From positions 1 to 56,212 of the forward strand of contig JAITRN010000087.1 in assembly GCA_031288355.1 (NCBI GenBank): a stretch of 56,212 bases of DNA, written 5' to 3'. The first letter of the stretch is position 1; every line of letters starts with the position of its first letter. The notes under the pieces are model-generated. The model did not search any database. It worked only from the letters and a program-made list of their open reading frames with translations, and was not told the DNA's origin. Below are positions 38,096 to 47,113 of the stretch, piece after piece. Origin of the DNA: Candidatus Opitulatrix roisinitermitis (lineage in GTDB: Bacteria; Actinomycetota; Actinomycetes; Actinomycetales; Bifidobacteriaceae). A program made the position numbers and the translations under genes.

Positions 38096-39046
38096 TTATT
38101 TAAAAATACTCCAAAAAGGTTTTGCTATTAATTTTTTATTCGTAGAGCGGCTTTCAGTATATTTACTTTTAGACTTTTCATTATGAACTTTCTTTTTATT
38201 AGCTCTTTGTTCGTCTTCTTTATCAATCATTTCATCACTACCAGATGTTTTATTCGCCGGGTTTTCTTGATCTGGTTTTTGGGCAGCCGAACCCAATTTT
38301 TGCTTCTCGCGATTTTGAGCCTCATCCGCAAAAACGCTAGCAACAACAACTGTTATATTATCAGTTGATCCATTTCTCATAGCTAATTCCACTAATTTTT
38401 GACTTGCTTGATCATCGTCTTGAAAACGTCCTAGGGTTTTTTCAATAACCTTATCTGAAACGAACGCCGAAAGACCATCAGAACATAAAATATATCTATC
38501 TCCCACTTTACAATCTAGAAGTTCAATATCGGGATTAGTTTCAATATCGAAAAAGCCAAAAACCCTAGTTAATTGATGTCTAGAATCATTATTTTTAGCT
38601 TTTTTTAATGTCAATTTACCAGAATCAACTAATTGTTGAACAACAGTATGATCATGAGAAAGCTGAACTAATTTTTTATTTGAAAATTTATAGGCTCTAG
38701 AATCCCCTACATGTCCTAAAAGTATTTTATTTTCTACTAAAACTAAAAAAGTAATAGTCGATCCCATCATATTCAAATTTGGGTTCTCTATAATAAGTTT
38801 GCCAAAAGTTTCCTTAGCGTTTTGCAAAATTTGTTCAATATTTTGTTTAACTTTATTATGATCAGTAATATTTGAATGGTCTAACTTAGAAAGAAAATCC
38901 ACCACAATACGGCTTGCTAAATCACCTCCAACATAACCCCCCATCCCGTCTGCCACTAAAATAAATTTATCAGAGATATAAGCAGAATCTTGATTAGAAG
39001 TTCTAGTCAACCCTATATCGCTAATAGCCGATGTTATAAAATGCAT
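38096..39046 (-). CDS. pstP: PP2C-family Ser/Thr phosphatase
   Basis: Contains SDIGL.R..NQD, ADGMGG, CSDGL and DN.T.V. The C-terminal ~80 aa are K/E-rich with no TM segment. Confidence 0.85.
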   Translation of the reverse strand: MHFITSAISDIGLTRTSNQDSAYISDKFILVADGMGGYVGGDLASRIVVDFLSKLDHSNITDHNKVKQNIEQILQNAKETFGKLIIENPNLNMMGSTITFLVLVENKILLGHVGDSRAYKFSNKKLVQLSHDHTVVQQLVDSGKLTLKKAKNNDSRHQLTRVFGFFDIETNPDIELLDCKVGDRYILCSDGLSAFVSDKVIEKTLGRFQDDDQASQKLVELAMRNGSTDNITVVVASVFADEAQNREKQKLGSAAQKPDQENPANKTSGSDEMIDKEDEQRANKKKVHNEKSKSKYTESRSTNKKLIAKPFWSIFK

Positions 39047-39086
39047 TTTATCTCCTTTAATTATTTGTTTTTATTATCTTTTTACT

Positions 39087-39530
39087 TTACTTCTCAATAT
39101 TTACCACTAATCTATTTACACCTAACGAAAATATTTGACCCGGTTTTATTTGATTTATGCCATAAACACGTTCGCCATTTATAAATGTCCCATTTGTGGA
39201 ACTTAAATCTTCTAAATAAATTTTTCTACCATCCTGAAAAACTTTTAAATGTTTAGCAGACACAAAATCATCAGATAAAACAATAGTGTTATCATCTGAT
39301 CTGCCAACAGTTATATCTTTATTTTCTAACGGCGCCAAAACACCCACCATAGGTCCTTCAATAACTTGTAAAAAATATTTTCTGTCATTATTTTTTGCCT
39401 GACCGCGAAACTCAACTTTTTTAGATTTAATCATTATTTGATTTTTTAATTTAACAGCAACAACTATTACAAAAATCCACAATAAAATTAAATACAAATA
39501 TTTCAATGCTGCTATAACTATATCTATCAC
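39087..39530 (-). CDS. fhaB: FHA-domain membrane protein FhaB/FipA-like
   Basis: It has an N-terminal TM (YLYLILLWIFVIVVAV) and a C-terminal FHA domain (VGRS.DN.IVL.DDFVS..H........K.YLEDL.STNGTF.NG). The track start is a GTG at 39530; a TTG at codon 9 is an alternative. Confidence 0.8.
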   Translation of the reverse strand: MIDIVIAALKYLYLILLWIFVIVVAVKLKNQIMIKSKKVEFRGQAKNNDRKYFLQVIEGPMVGVLAPLENKDITVGRSDDNTIVLSDDFVSAKHLKVFQDGRKIYLEDLSSTNGTFINGERVYGINQIKPGQIFSLGVNRLVVNIEK

Positions 39531-39531
39531 G

Positions 39532-39604
39532 AGCTACCTGTGAGAATCGAACTCACGACCCTGTCATTACGAGTGACATACTCTGCCAACTGAGCTAAGG
39601 TAGC
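39532..39604 (-). tRNA. tRNA-Thr (anticodon CGU)
   Basis: Reverse complement: GCTACCT TA GCTC AGTTGGCA GAGT A TGTCA CTCGTAA TGACA GGGTC GTGAG TTCGATT CTCAC AGGTAGC T. The cloverleaf is canonical. CCA is not encoded. Confidence 0.9.
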
Positions 39605-39658
39605 ATTTCTTAAATGCTATCACAAACCATATATTATATAATTCATCATTGATATTTT

Positions 39659-40132
39659 TTAGAATTTTTTCATCATAATAAAGGCATCTTTATCTTGACC
39701 AAAATAATTTTTTCTTTTGTCTATTATTTTATATCCGCCCGATTTATATAAATTGACAGCTGGAATATTTTCAGTATAAACTTCTAAAAAAACCTTTTTA
39801 CCATTTGATTTTTCTGCAATCCATTGCAAAAGTTTTTTGCCATACCCTAATTTCTGAAAATTTCTTTTAATCGCCAATGAAAAAATATCATTATAATCAG
39901 GAGTTATTATTAAAGCTGCATAACCAACCGCTACATTTAATTGCTTATCTTCAAGTAAATAAAATAATTTATTTTTATCTTGCAAGGCATAATAAATATC
40001 ATTCAAACAATAAGGCTTATGACAATCACTTAGCTGTGTTTCTTTTATTTGCTTAGTTTGATTGGTCGAAAAAACATCTTTTTCAATATCATAAATAATT
40101 TTAGCTTTAGAAATATTATGGTCTTTGGGCAT
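39659..40132 (-). CDS. rimI: ribosomal-protein-alanine N-acetyltransferase (GNAT)
   Basis: 157 aa. It has the GNAT acetyl-CoA motif (R..QKLGYGKKLL), and its position after tsaB is the usual one. Confidence 0.7.
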   Translation of the reverse strand: MPKDHNISKAKIIYDIEKDVFSTNQTKQIKETQLSDCHKPYCLNDIYYALQDKNKLFYLLEDKQLNVAVGYAALIITPDYNDIFSLAIKRNFQKLGYGKKLLQWIAEKSNGKKVFLEVYTENIPAVNLYKSGGYKIIDKRKNYFGQDKDAFIMMKKF

Positions 40133-40147
40133 TGGTCAATATTGTAA

Positions 40148-40867
40148 TTAGCTAATATCGGGCGGACGTAAATAAAGTGGTTTCAGTGGAATTTCTGGCG
40201 CCTGGGCACACATTTTCAGAAAATTTTTAGCAAATTTCTCATTTTGACATTTATTTAAATTTATATTACCCACTTGCACTATCGACTGCCTTTTCAAAAT
40301 AGGTTCTATTTCGTTAAGAGAACTAATATCTAACCCTAGTTGTTTATAATTAATCTGTTTATAATCAGTGTTTTTACAATCAATATTTTTATAATCAAAA
40401 TTTCTATAACTGGTTTTATAATCAACTTTATCTTTTTTAGACTTTTCCTCTTTAATAAAATGCCCCCAATAAACCTGCCCCCGTCTAGCATAATTAACAA
40501 CTATCACTTCTCTCTTGCCGCTAACCAAAGCATAAACCAGAAGACTATTAAATCCTGATATTTTACAACCCAAACCTATGGCTAGCCCTAGGCCAGCGGC
40601 AATACCTGAACGCAAACCTGTGAATGGAGCAGGACCAACTCCAACTTTAACTGCTTGTATATCTCTAATAGATAAATTCGCCTTTTTCAAAATATTATAT
40701 ATATCAGGTATTAAATTTTCCACATGTTCAAAAGCGGTCTTTGATTGACGAGCTCCTAAAACTTTAATTTTGCTCTTATAGCTGCCTTTTTTAACATCTT
40801 TTTGTCTAACGGTCTGAACTATTCCGACTGTATAAAAAAAAGAAGAATCTATTATTATTTCTAACAT
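40148..40867 (-). CDS. tsaB: tRNA threonylcarbamoyladenosine biosynthesis protein TsaB, with a repeat insertion
   Basis: Contains MLEIIIDSS (compare M.ILAIDTS) and GVGPAPFTGLRSGIAAGLGLA. The track start at 40894 is TTG; I prefer the ATG at 40867. There is an insertion rich in D-Y-K at residues ~148-185 (numbered from the track ORF start). Confidence 0.75.
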   Translation of the reverse strand: MLEIIIDSSFFYTVGIVQTVRQKDVKKGSYKSKIKVLGARQSKTAFEHVENLIPDIYNILKKANLSIRDIQAVKVGVGPAPFTGLRSGIAAGLGLAIGLGCKISGFNSLLVYALVSGKREVIVVNYARRGQVYWGHFIKEEKSKKDKVDYKTSYRNFDYKNIDCKNTDYKQINYKQLGLDISSLNEIEPILKRQSIVQVGNINLNKCQNEKFAKNFLKMCAQAPEIPLKPLYLRPPDIS

Positions 40868-40894
40868 CACTTTATTATTATTCAAACTTTCCAA

Positions 40895-41479
40895 TTATTT
40901 TTCTAATTTGCTACTTTTATTTGACAAAGACAATCCAGAAATTTTAAAAACTCTTGAACTATCAGATAAGTCATCACTGCCAAAAGAAATATTAATTTGA
41001 ATTATATTTTCTGCTAATTTGGCTTCGTCTAAAATGTTTTTAACTAATTCTCCCCATTCTATAACTATTAAAGAATTGTCCAAATAGCTATCAAAATCTA
41101 AATTTTGCAGCTGATCATATAACAAATAACCATTTTCAGAATGTGGTGATGAGCTATTAAACAGGCGATAAGCGTCTATATGGACCAAAAAAACCGGACT
41201 ATTTTTTCCAGACACAAATATATTTCTATTTAATTTTATCGGCAAATTAAAATCTTTTTTATCATTAGGAAATTTATAAACTCTTTGTAAAGTAAAAGTA
41301 GGTGAAACAATGGGCTTTTTTATTCCAAACGCCTTAGCTAAAGACTTAGTAAAAGCAGTTTTACCTACGCCTAACGGCCCTGACAAAATGACAACATCTC
41401 CTATATGTAAGTATTTAACAAACGATTTAACAAAAACATCTAATTGGGATAAATTAGTTATTTTTTTATTAATCTCCAT
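40895..41479 (-). CDS. tsaE: tRNA threonylcarbamoyladenosine biosynthesis ATPase TsaE
   Basis: Contains L.G.LGVGKT.F.K.LA and DAYR motifs. The track start at 41512 adds a hydrophobic MFFALILGYLS; the ATG at 41479 (MEINKK) looks more likely. Confidence 0.75.
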   Translation of the reverse strand: MEINKKITNLSQLDVFVKSFVKYLHIGDVVILSGPLGVGKTAFTKSLAKAFGIKKPIVSPTFTLQRVYKFPNDKKDFNLPIKLNRNIFVSGKNSPVFLVHIDAYRLFNSSSPHSENGYLLYDQLQNLDFDSYLDNSLIVIEWGELVKNILDEAKLAENIIQINISFGSDDLSDSSRVFKISGLSLSNKSSKLEK

Positions 41480-41515
41480 TGATAAATACCCTAAAATGAG
41501 CGCAAAAAACATTTT

Positions 41516-42769
41516 TCATGAATTTTCGCCCTTATAAATTCGCGGCACTTTTGGAGCAATCGAAGTTATAACATTATAACCAATAGTTCCAACCATTTTT
41601 GCAAAATCATCAGCCGTTAGGGAATTTGATTTTGCCCCTTGTCCAAAAAATTCTACTATATCGCCTGGCTTTTCAGGACAATCTTGTCCTAAATCAAACA
41701 ATATTTGATCCATACAAACAGAACCAACACTTTTTATTAAATTTTTTCTAGCATAAGAATAACATTTAATTTTATTTTCATCAACCCAGCGCAAACCATC
41801 TGCATATCCTAAGGGGACAACAGCTATATTAGTTTTATCACTAGTTATATATTTATGACCATAAGACACCCCTGAATTTTTTGGATAAGGGGCAATAGAA
41901 CTGAATTTGCCGAATAATGACATAGCTGGACAAATTCCTAACTTTTTAATATCTATTCCATCAATCGTTTTAAGACCATAAGATAAAATACCGGGTCTTA
42001 TCATATCAAGCGCTAATTCGGGGCGAGTTAAACAAATAGCTGAATTTGCTATATGACGAATTGGCAAATTCTCTTGACCAAAATATTCAATATATTTATC
42101 AACAAATAAATTATAAGCTTCTATAACCTTATTATTAGAAAAATGCTCCGGCACATCAGCCATAGCAAAATGCGTCCAAAGACCAGTAACTGTTAAATAA
42201 TTTTGATATTCCCTAACCTTTCTAAAACATTGGTCATATAATTTAGGCGAAAAGCCATCTCTGCCAAATTCAATATCCATTTTTAGATGAATTTTAGCTT
42301 TTTTCGACAATGAAAAATTGGCTTTAACTGTTTGTGCAATTTTTTCTAAAGCCCAAATTGAACCAACAGATAGCTCTATATCTGAAGCAATAATTTTGGA
42401 AAAGTCAGCATCAGGGGCATAAAGCCACGCCAAAATTTTAGCATTTTTTAAAGATATTCCGCTTTCGCGCAAAGCTAAAGCTTCTGAAATTTGAGCCGTT
42501 CCTAAATATTCAACTCCTGCTTCTACCATAGAATTAGCCACCTGAATAAGCCCGTGTCCGTAAGCATTAGCTTTCACAACGCCCAATATTTTCGGAGATG
42601 CAGCGATTTTCGATTTACTGGTTATTTTAAATTTGCTATTTTTCTTTGCTTTATAATTTATAAATTTTTGAATATTTTTTATATTTTTTTTTATAATTTG
42701 TAAATCTACTTCTGCCCAAGCTGGATAAAAAAGATGATTATTCAAGTTATTTTTTATCCTATTCAACAA
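41516..42769 (-). CDS. alr: alanine racemase
   Basis: Contains AWAEVDL, VVKANAYGHG (the PLP lysine) and the C-terminal YN.....I...V.R.Y. It uses a TTG start. Confidence 0.9.
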   Translation of the reverse strand: MLNRIKNNLNNHLFYPAWAEVDLQIIKKNIKNIQKFINYKAKKNSKFKITSKSKIAASPKILGVVKANAYGHGLIQVANSMVEAGVEYLGTAQISEALALRESGISLKNAKILAWLYAPDADFSKIIASDIELSVGSIWALEKIAQTVKANFSLSKKAKIHLKMDIEFGRDGFSPKLYDQCFRKVREYQNYLTVTGLWTHFAMADVPEHFSNNKVIEAYNLFVDKYIEYFGQENLPIRHIANSAICLTRPELALDMIRPGILSYGLKTIDGIDIKKLGICPAMSLFGKFSSIAPYPKNSGVSYGHKYITSDKTNIAVVPLGYADGLRWVDENKIKCYSYARKNLIKSVGSVCMDQILFDLGQDCPEKPGDIVEFFGQGAKSNSLTADDFAKMVGTIGYNVITSIAPKVPRIYKGENS

Positions 42770-42772
42770 ATT

Positions 42773-43453
42773 TTATTTAGAATGAAAAATAATTTTAGAT
42801 CTACCAATAGTTATAGTATTACCATGTAACAAAAGTGCATCAGCTGTTAAATGATCTTCCACTCTCATTCCATTTGTAGAGCCCAAATCTTTAGCTATAA
42901 CACCATCATCGGTTATTTCAAACTGAATATGTTTTCTAGAAACACTTGTGTCATCTATAACTATATCTGCATCTTGCGAACGTCCAACAGTTATAATATT
43001 TTTAGCTAAAGGATACCTACGCCCATTAACATCAATAGTATACTTGCTTTTATTTGGCAAAACAGGTATTTTATCATTAGGCGACACTTTTACTGACATT
43101 ATTTTAAAATCGCCTTTTTCTAATTCAACATTTTCTTCAAAAATTACTTTAACAGCCTGAGAAAATGAATAACCTTGCGACGAAGCGTAATCAGAAATCT
43201 CCATGGCTAAATCATCAGCAAAATTTACTGACCCCCAACTTTCAATAGCGTCAAAATCTGCAGTTGACAATATTATATGATATTGATTAGGCACAATTTT
43301 CTTCTCCAGAGAAATTGATAGAGCCTTAGCGTCAATCTCTTTTTTTAATGCTGTCACTAATTCAACAGGCTTCAAATCTTTTGCTCCAAAACGAGAAAAG
43401 ATTCTATTAAACATTTTTTCAGACGATTGTTCAAATTTGTCAAAAAAACTCAT
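42773..43453 (-). CDS. fhaA: FhaA-like protein (DUF3662 N-terminal domain plus C-terminal FHA)
   Basis: Starts MSFFDKFEQSSEKMFNRIF......KPVELV.ALK.E.D. The C-terminal FHA domain reads VGRS.DADIVIDD.SVSRKH......DG....DLGSTNG. At 226 aa it lacks the long linker of mycobacterial FhaA. Confidence 0.8.
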   Translation of the reverse strand: MSFFDKFEQSSEKMFNRIFSRFGAKDLKPVELVTALKKEIDAKALSISLEKKIVPNQYHIILSTADFDAIESWGSVNFADDLAMEISDYASSQGYSFSQAVKVIFEENVELEKGDFKIMSVKVSPNDKIPVLPNKSKYTIDVNGRRYPLAKNIITVGRSQDADIVIDDTSVSRKHIQFEITDDGVIAKDLGSTNGMRVEDHLTADALLLHGNTITIGRSKIIFHSK

Positions 43454-43609
43454 ATTTTACCTTTCAGAACTCTTTTAACAAAAGTTCTATATACATTAAG
43501 GTTATCATATATAAAATAAGGACTGAAAAGGAGTTTTCAACAAAACTAATATTTTTACATATTTTTTACAAACTTGATTACGAAAAATTCACTATTTATT
43601 ATTTAACTT

Positions 43610-44716
43610 ATGGACTGGAATTTACCAATTTCTGATGATTTAAAATATAATTCAAATAATAATCATACTGGCCTAAATTCTCCAAACTCTAATGTTTTTC
43701 CGCCTAGCACTCCAATTCAAGATACTCCAAAACATTTCGTTCAAACGAAGAATTCTCCTAATTCGCAAAATATTGACCCCTACGACATAGCACCTTACCC
43801 TGCACCATCGCCATCCGACAAATCTTATACACCAAATAATGTTTTATCAAATTTCTCCCCACCAAACGCCTTTCCAAAAAATATTTTCCAAGAAAATATC
43901 CCTTTAGAAAATAATTTTCCAATGAATAATTTTTCAGCAAATAATTTTTCAGCAAATAATTTAACACCAAATAACATAAATTCAAATTCTTTTCAGGCCC
44001 CCCTGTCCATAAATGACAATCATAAAACCATAGCCGTTGTTGGTGCTGTGGGAGGAATTGGTGCAACTTTATTTTCTATATGTCTGGCTTTATATTTATC
44101 AAAGCTCCACAGAACTATTTTAATAGATGGAATTGCTGGCGGAGGAGGCTTAGATATAGCCTTAGGATTAGAAAATAAAACTGGCTTAAGAATGTGTGAT
44201 TTAGTTAATGCCGATGGGCAAATTCCGGTAGAGCGATTATATAAACAAACTATTGATTATCAAAATTTAAAAATTTTGAGTTCTAATTATACTAATCCCG
44301 TTTTCCCAACAGGATCAATTTTTGCTAATGTAATTTTTCAACTCAAAAATATTACTAATTATACAATTATTGATATTCCACGCAGCAAATTAACTAATAA
44401 CGAATTTTTAAAAACCATAGATAATTTAATTATCATTTCTCCAAATAATATTTCAGGAATTAGCGCTACTTCGGCTATATGTAATTTGACTCAAAATACT
44501 AAAAAAAGCCTTCTAATTTATAAATTTCGCAGTTTTAAAAATATAAAATTATTCACTAACAATGAAATTAATAATTTATTAGACATTAAAATTTTAGGCT
44601 TTTTAAAAATAGATTCTTACATTAAATCTTCTTTACAGGCTGGCTATCCAATAAATTTAAAAAAATCAAGTGATATATATCAGTTAATAAAAGATATTAT
44701 AAAATCAATTAAATAG
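43610..44716 (+). CDS. CpaE/TadZ-like ParA-family protein (actinobacterial helicase/secretion neighbourhood type) with an N/P-rich N-terminal extension
   Basis: The C-terminal ~230 aa start IAVVGAVGGIGATLFSICLALYLS...ILIDG, a degenerate deviant Walker A as in CpaE-like/Ssd proteins. The first ~140 aa are low complexity (NNFSANNFSANNLTPNN). It sits directly upstream of tadA. Confidence 0.6.
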   Translation: MDWNLPISDDLKYNSNNNHTGLNSPNSNVFPPSTPIQDTPKHFVQTKNSPNSQNIDPYDIAPYPAPSPSDKSYTPNNVLSNFSPPNAFPKNIFQENIPLENNFPMNNFSANNFSANNLTPNNINSNSFQAPLSINDNHKTIAVVGAVGGIGATLFSICLALYLSKLHRTILIDGIAGGGGLDIALGLENKTGLRMCDLVNADGQIPVERLYKQTIDYQNLKILSSNYTNPVFPTGSIFANVIFQLKNITNYTIIDIPRSKLTNNEFLKTIDNLIIISPNNISGISATSAICNLTQNTKKSLLIYKFRSFKNIKLFTNNEINNLLDIKILGFLKIDSYIKSSLQAGYPINLKKSSDIYQLIKDIIKSIK

Positions 44717-44729
44717 ACAAATTAAATAA

Positions 44730-45851
44730 ATGCTAACCCAAATTGAAAAAGTAATTGACAATACTCGTAATACCCTAATTAATGAAAAAGGAATAACTTC
44801 TAAAAAGGATATTTTTGACAAAATAAATCAAAATAATATAATAGGTACTTCACGCGTAGAAAAAATGGTAGATGCTGTTTCAGCAAATCTTTTAGGCCTT
44901 GGTCCTTTGCAGTTTTTAGCTGATATAAAAGACATAACAGATATAGTAGTAAATGGACCTGACTGCGTTTTTATTGACAGAGGAAGAGGTATGGAAAGAG
45001 CTCAAATTGAGCCAGGAAAATTAGATACATCTGAAAAACTTAGAGATTTTGCTTTTAAATTAGCTGTTTTATCTGGCTCAAGATTAGATGATTCTGTTCC
45101 TATAGTAGATGCTCAACTTCCTATGGGCTACCGTTTACACGCCGTGATAGAGCCTTTATGCCAAAATGGCGCACTTATTAGTATAAGAATACCTTCTCAA
45201 AATACATTTTCATTTGAACAGTTTGTCGCCAACCAAACAATTAATTCTCAATTTTCTGAAAACATTAAGCAGCTTATTGAAGAAAAGAAAAATATACTTA
45301 TCACTGGTGCCACAGGTTCTGGCAAAACTACTCTTTTAGGAGCCTTAATAGGCTTGATTAACCCTAGTGAAAGAATTATATGCATTGAAGAATCAAAAGA
45401 AATTCCTAATTCAATTCATCCGCACATTATTTCATTAGTCGCTAAAAAGCCCAATATTGAAGGCTTGGGTGAAATTACTTTACAGCAACTAGTAAAAGCC
45501 TCTCTTAGGATGAGGCCTGACAGATTGCTTTTAGGAGAAGCCCGCGGAAAAGAAATAGCTGATTTGCTTATTGCCCTGAATACAGGACATAAAGGCGGCA
45601 TTGCCACTTTACATTCTAACAATGCAAAATCTGTGCCCGCTCGTTTAGAAGCATTAGGTTCTTTAGCTGGATTAGACCCGCGTGCTCTTGCCACCCAAGC
45701 CATTAGTGCAATAGATATTATTTTACATATTGAAAAAATAAATACAAGCAAAAACAATAATAGTCAAATTTTGTCTAATAGAAAATTAACTCAAATTGCT
45801 AAATTGACACTAAATAATAATTACCATTTAGATGTAGAAATACTCAACTAA
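44730..45851 (+). CDS. tadA: TadA/CpaF-family secretion ATPase
   Basis: Contains DI.VNGPD.VFIDRG, Walker A (TGATGSGKTT), ICIEES.E, RMRPDR.LLGE.RG.E and TGH.GG..T.H. Confidence 0.85.
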   Translation: MLTQIEKVIDNTRNTLINEKGITSKKDIFDKINQNNIIGTSRVEKMVDAVSANLLGLGPLQFLADIKDITDIVVNGPDCVFIDRGRGMERAQIEPGKLDTSEKLRDFAFKLAVLSGSRLDDSVPIVDAQLPMGYRLHAVIEPLCQNGALISIRIPSQNTFSFEQFVANQTINSQFSENIKQLIEEKKNILITGATGSGKTTLLGALIGLINPSERIICIEESKEIPNSIHPHIISLVAKKPNIEGLGEITLQQLVKASLRMRPDRLLLGEARGKEIADLLIALNTGHKGGIATLHSNNAKSVPARLEALGSLAGLDPRALATQAISAIDIILHIEKINTSKNNNSQILSNRKLTQIAKLTLNNNYHLDVEILN

Positions 45852-45889
45852 AAAAGAATATGCCTAAACATATAAATACGTAAAAAAAA

Positions 45890-46552
45890 ATGGAAACAAT
45901 TTTATTATTTAGTCTTTTTTTGTATTTATTATTTTGGACACCGCGTAAAACGGCTCATTTTAAAAAAAATAACAATCCAAATAATAAAATAAACAAACTA
46001 AGCGTGAACGATTCATATATAAGCTCAAAGAAAATTTCTCCCCTAGAGCTTTTAGATTTATTGGCTCAATACCTAAAAATTGAGCCTAATACCAAAAAAG
46101 CCTTTGAAAAGGTTTTTTATAAAAACATAAATTTAGAAAATAACTATGAAATTGTCCGAGCTTTTTATAACAAATGTTCAAACTATTCTAAACGAAAACA
46201 TATAAAAATAGCTGCTCTAAACACTATTTTAGCTATTAAAGTATCCTCAACATTAGGAATACCTTTACACAAAACACTTCTAAAAACAAAGAAAGTTTTA
46301 TCCGACGAAATCGAAACAATGAATTTATGGAAAATATCAATTGCAGGCCCTAAAACTACTACTCGAATTTTGCAAGTCCTGCCAATTCTAGGGATATTTA
46401 TCGGTTTTATTTTTGGCGTTAACCCATTAGCAGTGTTTTTTGATTTTTCTTTTGGGACAATAATTTTTGCCATTGGTTTATCTTTAAATTTAATTGGGGC
46501 GCATTGGATTAAATCTATGGAGAAAAAAATATGGAAACAATTTTATTTTTAA
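45890..46552 (+). CDS. tadB: type II secretion system F-domain membrane protein, TadB-like
   Basis: 220 aa, with an N-terminal TM and two C-terminal TMs. It follows tadA. Its N-terminus METILLFSL is paralogous to the next gene (METILFLTL). Confidence 0.55.
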   Translation: METILLFSLFLYLLFWTPRKTAHFKKNNNPNNKINKLSVNDSYISSKKISPLELLDLLAQYLKIEPNTKKAFEKVFYKNINLENNYEIVRAFYNKCSNYSKRKHIKIAALNTILAIKVSSTLGIPLHKTLLKTKKVLSDEIETMNLWKISIAGPKTTTRILQVLPILGIFIGFIFGVNPLAVFFDFSFGTIIFAIGLSLNLIGAHWIKSMEKKIWKQFYF

Positions 46553-47091
46553 CATTATCTATATATTTTTTTCAAACAAATTACAATTATAAGCGAACAG
46601 TTTTTTCGCAAAATTCCAAAACACAAATAAATGACTTGACTAACAACAGAAGAATCTTTGCTAAACATAGATTCGACACAGGTTTAATTTTACAACTTAT
46701 TTCAGCAGCACTAAAAGCTGGCATTTCCATTCCTAGATCATTAGAAATTATTGGTAACGCTATGGAAAACAAATTTGGAGATGAACTAAAAATAACTTCT
46801 AAAAAACTAAAATTAGGCTTGATGTGGTGCAAAGCATGGGAAAAAACTTCACAATTTCTCGCGCCTATTGCGGATTCTCTAGAAGATGCTTGGAATAACG
46901 GCTTATCGCCTGAATCTATTATAAATCTAAAAATAAAACAATTACGAAAAGATAAACTTTTTCGTGCCAAAACCGCCGGCGAACAGTTAGGAGTCAAAAT
47001 AGTCGTTCCATTAGGCTTATGTTTTCTGCCTAGCTTTATTTTTATAGGTGTTCTACCTGTTATTATATCACTAGTAAACAACCTATTTTAG
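46531..47091 (+). CDS. tadC: type II secretion system F-domain membrane protein, TadC-like
   Basis: 186 aa. It overlaps tadB by 22 nt. Contains L..AL.AG.S...SLE and C-terminal TM helices (IVVPLGLCFLPSFIFIGVLPVII). Confidence 0.55.
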   Translation: METILFLTLSIYFFQTNYNYKRTVFSQNSKTQINDLTNNRRIFAKHRFDTGLILQLISAALKAGISIPRSLEIIGNAMENKFGDELKITSKKLKLGLMWCKAWEKTSQFLAPIADSLEDAWNNGLSPESIINLKIKQLRKDKLFRAKTAGEQLGVKIVVPLGLCFLPSFIFIGVLPVIISLVNNLF

Positions 47092-47113
47092 ATATAATAT
47101 TATTTACTTTTTA

